Positions 18,450 to 25,855 of a stretch of DNA of 32,000 bases are shown piece by piece (within the stretch, counting starts at the first letter, position 1; each line of letters starts with the position of its first letter). Origin of the DNA: Cereibacter sphaeroides 2.4.1 (GTDB taxonomy: Bacteria > Pseudomonadota > Alphaproteobacteria > Rhodobacterales > Rhodobacteraceae); the NCBI RefSeq assembly GCF_000012905.2, contig NC_007493.2, positions 1,980,001-2,012,000 of the forward strand, written 5' to 3'. Both the position numbers and the translations under genes were made by a program. A model generated the notes under the pieces. The model had not been told where the DNA came from. It saw only the letters and a program-made list of their open reading frames with translations, and did not search any database.

Positions 18450-20126
18450 GTGCCGCTCGGCCCGTGGGAACGGGTCGAGGCGGCCCTCACCCTTCTCGCC
18501 ATCGACCCTGCAGGCCTCAAGGGCCTCTGGCTCCGGGCGCGGGCCAGCGCGCTGCGCGACCGGATCACCGGGGCGCTCGGCGCGCTGCCGCTGCCGGTCC
18601 GCCGCATTCATCCGACCATCGGCGACGATGCGCTCTTCGGCGGGCTGGATCTGGCCGCGACCCTCTCGGCCGGCACGCCCGTCGTGCAGAAGGGCATCCT
18701 CGACGAGCCCGCGGTGCTGGTTCTCGCCATGGCCGAGCGCACCCTGCCCGGTCTCGCGGCCCGGCTCGGCACCGCGCTCGATGCGCCGCGCCACTGTCTG
18801 ATCGCGCTCGACGAGGGCGCCGAGCGCGACGAGCTGCTGCCGCTCGGCCTCGTGGACCGGCTGGCGCTGTTCCTCGACCTCGACGGCCTGCCCTGGGGCG
18901 AGACCCGCGAGATCGCGCTCGACCCCGAGCGCCTCGCCGCAGCCCGCGCCCGGCTGGCCGCGGTGGCGACCCCGCCCGAGGCGGCCGCGACCCTCGCCCG
19001 CGTGGCGGCGCAGCTCGGCATCGCGAGCCTCCGCGCGCCGACGCTGGCGCTGGCCGCGGCCCGCGCGCAGGCCGCCTGGGAAGGTCACGCCGCCGTCACG
19101 GACGAGGACATCCGCCGCGCGGCCGATCTGGTCTTCGCCCATCGCGCCATGCCTGCCTCCGAGGAGGCCCCGCCCGAGCCCGAACCCGAGCCGCCCGAGG
19201 ATCAGCCCGACGACAGCCCGCCGCCGCCCGAGCAGCAGCAGGGCGAGGAGATGTTTCCCGAAGAGATGCTGGTCGAGGCCGTGCGGGCGGCGCTGCCGGC
19301 CGATCTCCTCGAGCAGCTGGCCGCCGGTCGCGCCGCGCGGATGGCGCGGGGCGCCACCGGCACCGGCTCGGCCAAGGCCGGCAACCGCCGCGGCCGCCCC
19401 CTGCCCTCGCGCATGGGCCGCCTCGGCACCGGCGCGCGGATCGACCTCGTGGGCACGCTGCGCGCGGCCGCCCCCTGGCAGCCGCTCCGCCGCCGCCAGC
19501 AGAAGACCGATGCCGTGCTGCTCGTGCGGCCCTCCGACATCCGCATCAAGCGGTTCCGCGAGACCTCGGACCGCGTGCTGATCTTCGCCGTGGATGCCTC
19601 GGGCTCTTCCGCCATGGCGCGCCTCTCCGAGGCGAAGGGCGCGGTCGAGCTTCTTCTGGGGCAGGCCTATGCCCGGCGCGACCATGTCTCGCTGCTGGCC
19701 TTCCGGGGCCGCGACGCCGAGCTGATCCTGCCGCCCACCCGCAGCCTCGTGCAGACGAAGCGGCGCCTTGCGGGCCTGCCCGGCGGGGGCGGCACGCCGC
19801 TCGCCCACGGGCTGCGGCTGGCGCTGGCCGTGGGGCTTCAGGCCCGCGCGCGCGGCATGACACCCACGGTCGCGCTTCTGACCGACGGGCGCGGCAACAT
19901 CGCGCTCGATGGCTCGGCCAACCGGGCGCAGGCCGAGGAGGATGCGCTGAAGCTCGCGGCCTCGCTGCGCGGCTCGGGTCTGCCCGCGGTCGTGATCGAC
20001 ACGGCGAACCGCCCGCAGCCCTCGCTCGCGGCCCTCGCCCGCGCCCTCGACGCGCCCTACATCGCCCTGCCGCGGGCCGATGCCCACAAGCTCTCGAACG
20101 TCCTCGGCGCAGCAATGGGAGACTGA
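18450..20126 (+). CDS. bchD: Magnesium chelatase subunit D
   Basis: Track ORF 18114-20126. The first usable start after the bchI stop is GTG 18450 (MPLGPWERVEAALTLLAIDPAGLKG..., 558 aa). It has an acidic Pro-rich linker, EEAPPEPEPEPPEDQPDDSPPPPEQQQGEE (about 19161-19262), and a C-terminal vWA/MIDAS motif (VDASGSS). No SD is visible. Confidence 0.88.
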   Translation: MPLGPWERVEAALTLLAIDPAGLKGLWLRARASALRDRITGALGALPLPVRRIHPTIGDDALFGGLDLAATLSAGTPVVQKGILDEPAVLVLAMAERTLPGLAARLGTALDAPRHCLIALDEGAERDELLPLGLVDRLALFLDLDGLPWGETREIALDPERLAAARARLAAVATPPEAAATLARVAAQLGIASLRAPTLALAAARAQAAWEGHAAVTDEDIRRAADLVFAHRAMPASEEAPPEPEPEPPEDQPDDSPPPPEQQQGEEMFPEEMLVEAVRAALPADLLEQLAAGRAARMARGATGTGSAKAGNRRGRPLPSRMGRLGTGARIDLVGTLRAAAPWQPLRRRQQKTDAVLLVRPSDIRIKRFRETSDRVLIFAVDASGSSAMARLSEAKGAVELLLGQAYARRDHVSLLAFRGRDAELILPPTRSLVQTKRRLAGLPGGGGTPLAHGLRLALAVGLQARARGMTPTVALLTDGRGNIALDGSANRAQAEEDALKLAASLRGSGLPAVVIDTANRPQPSLAALARALDAPYIALPRADAHKLSNVLGAAMGD

Positions 20127-20128
20127 CC

Positions 20129-20995
20129 ATGGATCTCGACCGGATGCCCCCCGACTGGCCCGGGCGAGAGTCCATGCGTCGCATCGATTGTCCGCCGCAC
20201 CAGTGGTGCGTGCGGGACGAGGGGCGGGGCCCGACCGCCCTCCTCCTTCACGGCGCGGGGGGATCGAGCCACTCGTGGCGCCATCTCGTGCCGCTTCTGG
20301 CCCCGCACTTCCGGGTCGTGGCGCCCGACCTGCCGGGTCAGGGCTTCACCCGGGCCGGGCAGCGCCGCTTCTCGCTCGAGGCGATGGCCGAGGATCTGGC
20401 GCGGCTCTGTGCGGCCGAGGATTGGCGCCCCTCCGTTCTCATCGGCCATTCGGCGGGCGCGGCGCTGGCGCTCCGGCTGGCCGAGATCCTGCCCGTGCGC
20501 CCGCGCGCCGTGGTGGGGATCAACGCGGCGCTCGGAAATTTCGAGGGCACGGCCGGGTGGCTCTTCCCGCTGATCGCGAAGCTTCTCGCGCTCAATCCCT
20601 TCATCCCGCCGATGGCCGCGCGGCTCTTCGGCGCCGAGGACCGCGTGCGCCGGCTGATCGGCTCCACCGGCTCGGACCTCGATGAGGCGGGACTGCGGCA
20701 ATACATGACGCTGATCGGCGATCATGTGCATGTGGACGGCACGCTCTCGATGATGGCGCAATGGCGGCTCGATGCGCTGCAGCGCCGCCTGCCCGCCATC
20801 GACGTGCCGACCCTGCTCATCGCGGCGGCAAAGGACGGGACAGTGCCCCCCCGCATCTCGCAGGAGGCGGCGGGGCGGATGCCCTTCGGCTCCTATGTCG
20901 AGATGCCGGGCCTCGGCCATCTCGCGCATGAAGAGGATGCGGCGGGTGTGGCCGCGATCCTTCTGCCCTTCGTGGAGAGGCACCTCCGGACCTGA
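20129..20995 (+). CDS. bchO: Alpha/beta-hydrolase BchO (Mg-chelatase accessory protein)
   Basis: The last 288 codons of track ORF 17732-20995: MDLDRMPPDWPGRESMRRIDCPPHQWCVRDEGRGPTALLLHGAGGSSHSW..., with the nucleophile elbow GHSAG. The ATG lies 2 nt after the bchD stop. Confidence 0.88.
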   Translation: MDLDRMPPDWPGRESMRRIDCPPHQWCVRDEGRGPTALLLHGAGGSSHSWRHLVPLLAPHFRVVAPDLPGQGFTRAGQRRFSLEAMAEDLARLCAAEDWRPSVLIGHSAGAALALRLAEILPVRPRAVVGINAALGNFEGTAGWLFPLIAKLLALNPFIPPMAARLFGAEDRVRRLIGSTGSDLDEAGLRQYMTLIGDHVHVDGTLSMMAQWRLDALQRRLPAIDVPTLLIAAAKDGTVPPRISQEAAGRMPFGSYVEMPGLGHLAHEEDAAGVAAILLPFVERHLRT

Positions 20996-21194
20996 CGCGC
21001 CGTTCGCGCTTCGCGAATGGCGGCCTCCGCGCGGGGCGCCCTCACCTGACGAGGCGCAACCCGGCCGCCCGCAAGTATTCCGCGAAGCGCAAGCGGCACG
21101 ACCTCTTGCAAACGCAGACCGGCGGTCTGCAAGCCTTCGGCGCCGGGCAGCCCGCGAGGAGTTTCAGCCGAGGCAGAGCCTTGCAAGCCACAAG

Positions 21195-21222
21195 AAAAGG
21201 GCGGCTCCCGCAGGAACCGCCC
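21195..21222 (-). terminator. Intrinsic terminator after idi (may also stop bchO read-through)
   Basis: On the minus strand GGGCGG.UCC-UGCG-GGA.CCGCCC is followed by TTTTCTTG, 22 nt downstream of the idi TAA. It closely resembles the tspO terminator. Confidence 0.6.
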
Positions 21223-21243
21223 TCTTCGTTGCTCTTCCGGCGC

Positions 21244-21777
21244 TTACTGCACGACGCGCAGCTTGCCGAAGATCCGCTCCATATGCTCGGCCAGATAGAT
21301 CCGGAGCCAGGGTGTGAAGCGCTCGGGATGCTCCTTCACCTCGCGCGCGAGATCGGTGAGGTCGACCCAGCGGGTCTCCCACACCTCTTCCGGGTCCGGG
21401 TTCACCGGCAGGTCCGAGGGCGCCTCGGCCACGAAGATGTCGACCACCTCATGCTCGGTCAGCCCGTTGCCCACGTCGGCGCGATATTCCACGCGGTCGG
21501 CGAAGACGGTGACGAGCCCGGTGATCCCCAGTTCCTCGCGCAGGCGCCGGACGGCGCAGTCGGCCGCCTCCTCGCCCCAGCGGGGATGGGTGCAGCAGGT
21601 ATTCGCCCAGAGGCCGGGCGTGTGATACTTGCCGGCCGCGCGGCGCTGGATCAGCACCGCCTCGCCGGCCATGACAAAGACCGAGATCGCCATGTGACGC
21701 AGGCCGCGCTGGTGCGCCTCCAGCTTCTCGACCGGCATCAGCCGGCCCTCGACCCAGGCGGGAACCATTTCCGTCAT
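21244..21777 (-). CDS. idi: Isopentenyl-diphosphate delta-isomerase, type 1 (Nudix)
   Basis: The 3' part of track ORF 21244-22680: MTEMVPAWVEGRLMPVEKLEAHQRGLRHMAISVFV...HTPGLWANTCCTHP...TEHEVVDIF (177 aa). It starts 2 nt after the bchP stop. Confidence 0.9.
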   Translation of the reverse strand: MTEMVPAWVEGRLMPVEKLEAHQRGLRHMAISVFVMAGEAVLIQRRAAGKYHTPGLWANTCCTHPRWGEEAADCAVRRLREELGITGLVTVFADRVEYRADVGNGLTEHEVVDIFVAEAPSDLPVNPDPEEVWETRWVDLTDLAREVKEHPERFTPWLRIYLAEHMERIFGKLRVVQ

Positions 21778-21779
21778 TC

Positions 21780-22964
21780 TCAGGTCCATTGCGGCGAGAC
21801 GAGCCGCGTCAGGTGCATCACGTTCTTGAACCCGATCTTGATATGGGCCCAGGGCTGTTTGCTCGTCAGTTTCTTGTTCATGTAGGACTCGAAGGTCAGG
21901 CGCTGAACGTCGGTGTCGTGGCACAGGCTCACGAACCGCTCGCGCCGCTCGTCGTCGCGATAATAGGCATCCTGCATCGAGCGGAGAACCTTGAACACGG
22001 TCTTGTGGTCGGCCATGAACATCTTGCGCGCGAGTTGGAGGTCGGTCGCCCGGCCCGATTTCAGCGCGGCGAGGCAGGCCCTGGCCGCGACCTGGCCACC
22101 GACGAAGGCATAGTAGATCCCCTCGCCCGACGAGGGTGCGACGACCCCCGCCGCATCGCCCGCAAGCACCACGTCCTTGCCGTTGTCCCACTTCTCCAGC
22201 GGCTGCAGCGGGATCGGCGCGCCCTCCTTGCGGATCGTCTCGCACTGGTCGAGCCCGGCCTGCCGGCGCAGGAGCGCAGTCGCCTCCTTCAGGTCGAAGC
22301 CGAGGATGCCCGTGCCCATGCCGACCGAGGCGGTCTCGCCATGCGGGAAGATCCAGCCGTAGAAATCGGGGCTGACCCGGCCGTCGTAGATCACGTCGCA
22401 GCGGGTAGGGTCGTAGTCGATCACCGAGCTGGTCGGCGGCTTGATGATCTCGTGGTAGGCGATCACCATCGGGATCTTGTCGCCCCCGGGCACCTCGGCG
22501 CGTGCCACGTCGGATTTCGCGCCGTCGGCACCGATCACGAGCTTGGTCTCGGACCGTTTCTCCTCGCCCGTCGCCTTCTCGCGCCAGACGACATAGGTGT
22601 GGAAGCTGTCGCGCTCGACGCGCAGGAAGGTGCCCGTCAGCCGCTCGGCCCCGGCCTTGGCGGCGCGGCGGCGGAGCCATTCGTCGAAATGCTCGCGGTC
22701 CACCATGCCGACGAAGCCGCCCTCGATCGGGATGTCGACCTTGCGGCCGGTGGGCGAGATCATCCGCGCGGTGCGGATGCGCGCCACGATCTGGCTGTCG
22801 GGGATGTCGAAATCCTCGATCAGGCGCGGCGGGATCGCGCCGCCGCAGGGCTTGATCCGCCCGGCACGGTCGAGAAGCGCCACGCTCTTGCCGGCACGGG
22901 CCAGCTCGTCGGCCGCCGTGGCGCCCGACGGGCCGCCACCCACTACGAAGACATCATAGGCCAT
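21780..22964 (-). CDS. bchP: Geranylgeranyl-bacteriochlorophyll reductase
   Basis: Track ORF 21780-23969 trimmed to MAYDVFVVGGGPSGATAADELARAGKSVALLDRAGRIKPCGGAIP... (394 aa), FAD-binding. Confidence 0.93.
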   Translation of the reverse strand: MAYDVFVVGGGPSGATAADELARAGKSVALLDRAGRIKPCGGAIPPRLIEDFDIPDSQIVARIRTARMISPTGRKVDIPIEGGFVGMVDREHFDEWLRRRAAKAGAERLTGTFLRVERDSFHTYVVWREKATGEEKRSETKLVIGADGAKSDVARAEVPGGDKIPMVIAYHEIIKPPTSSVIDYDPTRCDVIYDGRVSPDFYGWIFPHGETASVGMGTGILGFDLKEATALLRRQAGLDQCETIRKEGAPIPLQPLEKWDNGKDVVLAGDAAGVVAPSSGEGIYYAFVGGQVAARACLAALKSGRATDLQLARKMFMADHKTVFKVLRSMQDAYYRDDERRERFVSLCHDTDVQRLTFESYMNKKLTSKQPWAHIKIGFKNVMHLTRLVSPQWT

Positions 22965-22966
22965 GC

Positions 22967-24250
22967 TCACTCTCCAGGCACAAGCCGGCCGGCGGGCATG
23001 GAGCGCCCGCCTTCCAGGATACGAAGCGCCATCAGCGCCGAAATGACGAATAGGACGGCCTCGGCCAGGAAGACGAGGCCGAAGGCGGTGGATCCACGGG
23101 CGACCAGCTGGAGGAGATCGGCCGACGCCGCCCCCAGAAGCCCGCCGAAGCCGGCCGCGACCGCCTGGGCCGCGCCCCAGAGCCCCATGCGGGTGCCCTC
23201 GCGCGCCTGTCGCCCCTCGCCCGCGAGCTGCATCATCGAGCCGATGGCCGCCACGGCGAACATGCCGTTGAAGAGGCCCATCAGCACCACGGCCGGCACG
23301 ATCAGCGGCAGGTGCATCTGGCCGATCAGCGCGATCCCCGTCAGCGCCAGCGCCGAGCCGAGGCAGCCCGCCACGACCCAGCCGCGGAGCGAGCCGATCC
23401 GAAGGCCGGTCTGGCCGATGCCCACCGCCAGCATGCCCACGAAGACGCCGCCGTTCTGCGCCCCCGAGAGCGATGTGGTCTGCCCCGGTGTCAGGCCGAA
23501 GACGAGGCCCGCATAGGGTTCGAGGATCAGCTCCTGCATGAAATAGGCGGTCATCGACAGGAAGACGAAGAAGGTGAAGGTGCGCGCCCGCGGCTCGGCC
23601 CAGACCTCGCGCAGCCCCTGAAGCAGCGGGGCCGCCTCCGGTTCGGGCTGGGACACGAGGCCCCGCTCGATCCGCCAGGTGGCGAGGATCGTGAGGACAA
23701 GGCCACCTGCGCAGACCGCGCCCACCAGTTCGAGGAGGCGCGCCGGGGTATAGGGTTCGAGCAGCGCGCCCACGGTGCCCGCGGTGGCGGCGATGCCGAA
23801 GATCATCATGAGCCAGGTGATCGTGGCCGCCGCCGCGCGCCGCTCGGGCCGGGTGCAGGTGGCCATCAGCGCCAGAAGCGAGGTGCCGCCCATGCCCGCG
23901 CCGAGCCCGATCATCAGATAGGCCACGAAGGAGAGCGCAAGGCCCGGCCAGAAGGCCGTATGCATCCACACGACGCCCAGCGCCGCCGAGAAGGCGCCGA
24001 GCGCCAGCGTCGCCATGCCGCCCACGATCCAGCGCGTGCGGTTGCCGCAGGTGTCCGACCGGTAGCCCCAGGAGGGTCGCGTGACCTGCACCGCATAATG
24101 GAGCGCCACGAGCAGGCCCGACAGCACCGCCGGCAGTGCGAGCTCGACCACCATCAGCCGGTTCAGCGTCGAGGTGGTCAGCACCACCATGCCGCCGAGG
24201 CTCATCTGCACGAGGCCGAGCCGGAAGATGCCGAGCCAGCCCAGCGTCAC
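22967..24250 (-). CDS. PucC/LhaA-family MFS protein (bacteriochlorophyll-delivery family; counterpart of R. capsulatus orf428)
   Basis: Track ORF of 427 aa, MTLGWLGIFRLGLVQMSLGGMVVLTTSTLNRLMVVELALPA..., with about 12 TM segments. Its GTG start (24250-24248) overlaps the bchG TGA as GTGA. Confidence 0.85.
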   Translation of the reverse strand: MTLGWLGIFRLGLVQMSLGGMVVLTTSTLNRLMVVELALPAVLSGLLVALHYAVQVTRPSWGYRSDTCGNRTRWIVGGMATLALGAFSAALGVVWMHTAFWPGLALSFVAYLMIGLGAGMGGTSLLALMATCTRPERRAAAATITWLMMIFGIAATAGTVGALLEPYTPARLLELVGAVCAGGLVLTILATWRIERGLVSQPEPEAAPLLQGLREVWAEPRARTFTFFVFLSMTAYFMQELILEPYAGLVFGLTPGQTTSLSGAQNGGVFVGMLAVGIGQTGLRIGSLRGWVVAGCLGSALALTGIALIGQMHLPLIVPAVVLMGLFNGMFAVAAIGSMMQLAGEGRQAREGTRMGLWGAAQAVAAGFGGLLGAASADLLQLVARGSTAFGLVFLAEAVLFVISALMALRILEGGRSMPAGRLVPGE

Positions 24251-25155
24251 GGCAGCACCTCCAGCCCGCGGATGGCGAAGGCCGCGACCATCATGCCCAG
24301 CACATAGAGCGTGACGCCGGTGCCGTTATACCAGGGGCACTTGCCCGCCGGATCGCGCAGCAGCACGCGCATCGCGAACAGCTGGGCCACCAGCAGCGCG
24401 GTGATGATGCCCGCATGGATGGGCTTGCCCCAGATGACGAGGAGCGTGATGACGAGGATCTGCGCCATCGCCATGACGGTGCAGGCGAGCTTCGCGGCCA
24501 CTTCGGGCCCGAGCATTACTGGCAGCGAGCGCACGCCATGCTGGCGATCGCCCTCGAGCGCCTTGAAATCGTTGAGCGTCATGATGCCATGCGCGCCGAA
24601 GGCATAGAGCAGCGCCACGGTCACGATGAAGAAGCTCGGCGCGCCCGCCGACAGGACGGCCGCGCCCGTGAACCAAGGCAGGCCCTCGTAGCAGAGCGCG
24701 ACGAGGCCCGGCCCCCACCAGCCCGACCGCTTGAGGCGGATCGGCTCGACCGAATAGGCCCAGGCCGCGAGCACGCCGAAGACGGTGGCGCCGAAGCCCC
24801 AGGGGCCCAGCATCCAGCCCACGGCGAGCGAGAGCACGGTCATGAGGAGTGCGATATAGAGCCCCCAGCGCCCGGGGATGCGCCCCGAGGGGATCGGCCG
24901 GTCCGGCTCGTTCACGGCATCCACATGCCGGTCGCACCAGTTGTTCGCGGCCTGGCTCATGCCGCAGACCAAGGGGCCTGCCAGCACCATCCCGAGGAGG
25001 ACCAGCGGCCATTTCTCTCCGGGCCAGATCCCCACCGAGACCGTGCCGCAGAGATAGGCCCAGATCGGCGGGAACCAGGTGATGGGCTGGATCAGCTCGA
25101 GCAGCGCGCGCGGCTCGGGCACGGAGCGGGGGTGTAAGGATAGATTGACACTCAT
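24247..25155 (-). CDS. bchG: Bacteriochlorophyll synthase (UbiA prenyltransferase family)
   Basis: Track ORF 24247-25164 (GTG); the first ATG, at 25155, gives MSVNLSLHPRSVPEPRALLELIQPITWFPPIWAYLCG... (302 aa). The Asp-rich motif is NNWCDRHVDAVNEPDRP. Confidence 0.92.
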   Translation of the reverse strand: MSVNLSLHPRSVPEPRALLELIQPITWFPPIWAYLCGTVSVGIWPGEKWPLVLLGMVLAGPLVCGMSQAANNWCDRHVDAVNEPDRPIPSGRIPGRWGLYIALLMTVLSLAVGWMLGPWGFGATVFGVLAAWAYSVEPIRLKRSGWWGPGLVALCYEGLPWFTGAAVLSAGAPSFFIVTVALLYAFGAHGIMTLNDFKALEGDRQHGVRSLPVMLGPEVAAKLACTVMAMAQILVITLLVIWGKPIHAGIITALLVAQLFAMRVLLRDPAGKCPWYNGTGVTLYVLGMMVAAFAIRGLEVLP

Positions 25156-25176
25156 GTGTGTCACCTAAGCATGACG
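25133..25176. promoter_or_regulatory. Tandem PpsR-type palindromes straddling the bchG start codon
   Basis: TGTAAGGATAGATTGACA (25133-25150) is a perfect match. After an 8-bp gap comes TGTCACCTAAGCATGACG (25159-25176), which has one mismatch. The geometry is the same as the bchC tandem, and the local DNA is AT-rich. Confidence 0.55.
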
Positions 25177-25228
25177 ACGGGGAGTCGGGCAAGGAATTTG
25201 CCCGGGCGTCCCAGTGACAGATTGCACA

Positions 25229-25849
25229 TCAGCGCCCCTTGGGCAGGAGCTCGAACCGGCAGGCGGGTGCGCCCTTGGCGCAGCAGGCGGTCTCGCGCAC
25301 GGCCACATGCGGCCAGACGAGGCGCGAGAAGAGGCGCTCGAACACCGCCGCGTGCCAGTGGCACAACGGGGTGTCCGAGCTTTCTCCGGCGACCACGGGG
25401 TTCCGGGCAATCTCGAATGACAGCGGGCGTCCCGAGACGACGCGGAACTTGCCGGAGCCGGCGAAGGTCCAGGAATGTTTGGCGATGGCCGTGGCCAGCA
25501 CCCGCGCGCCGAGAAAGGCCGGCAGCGCGCGGATGAGCCGTTGGGCCAGAGGCGGGATCCGGTTGGCGAGGATATAGTCCCCCGTCGCCAGCCCCGCCTC
25601 CCGCAGGAGGCGCGGAGCCTCCTCGGGATGGGTGTCGCGCAGCCAGCGATGCAGCGTCGAGACCTGCGTCTCGGGCAGCATGCCCGACTCCGGACCCGGC
25701 CGAGGCACGCCTGCCGCAGCCAGTGCCCGGTCGGCCGCACCGGGCCCGAAGGCCGCCTCCAGCACCGGAATGAGCTGGAGGATCGCGTTCGGGCCGATCC
25801 GGTGGGCAATCGCCGGGCCACCCGTCAGCCGCTGGTCATGCGCGGTCAT
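25229..25849 (-). CDS. bchJ: BchJ (V4R-domain bacteriochlorophyll biosynthesis protein)
   Basis: Track ORF of 206 aa, MTAHDQRLTGGPAIAHRIGPNAILQLIPVLEAAFG...CAKGAPACRFELLPKGR, with a Cys-containing V4R C-terminus. It starts 6 nt after the bchE stop. Confidence 0.88.
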   Translation of the reverse strand: MTAHDQRLTGGPAIAHRIGPNAILQLIPVLEAAFGPGAADRALAAAGVPRPGPESGMLPETQVSTLHRWLRDTHPEEAPRLLREAGLATGDYILANRIPPLAQRLIRALPAFLGARVLATAIAKHSWTFAGSGKFRVVSGRPLSFEIARNPVVAGESSDTPLCHWHAAVFERLFSRLVWPHVAVRETACCAKGAPACRFELLPKGR

Positions 25850-25855
25850 CGGAGG

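Noticed and set aside
17732-20128. The N-terminal 799 codons of the 1087-aa ORF 17732-20995, and the 668-aa minus-strand ORF 18081-20087.
   Set aside because: These are off-frame and antisense readings of bchI and bchD, consisting of Arg/Pro/Ala runs. Only the last 288 codons, from ATG 20129, form the alpha/beta-hydrolase BchO.
24326-25821. Alternative-frame minus-strand ORFs 24326-25192 (288 aa) and 25165-25821 (218 aa).
   Set aside because: They are on the same strand as bchG and bchJ but in the wrong frame, with Arg/Ala/Pro-rich translations. The bchG and bchJ frames give the conserved UbiA and V4R sequences.
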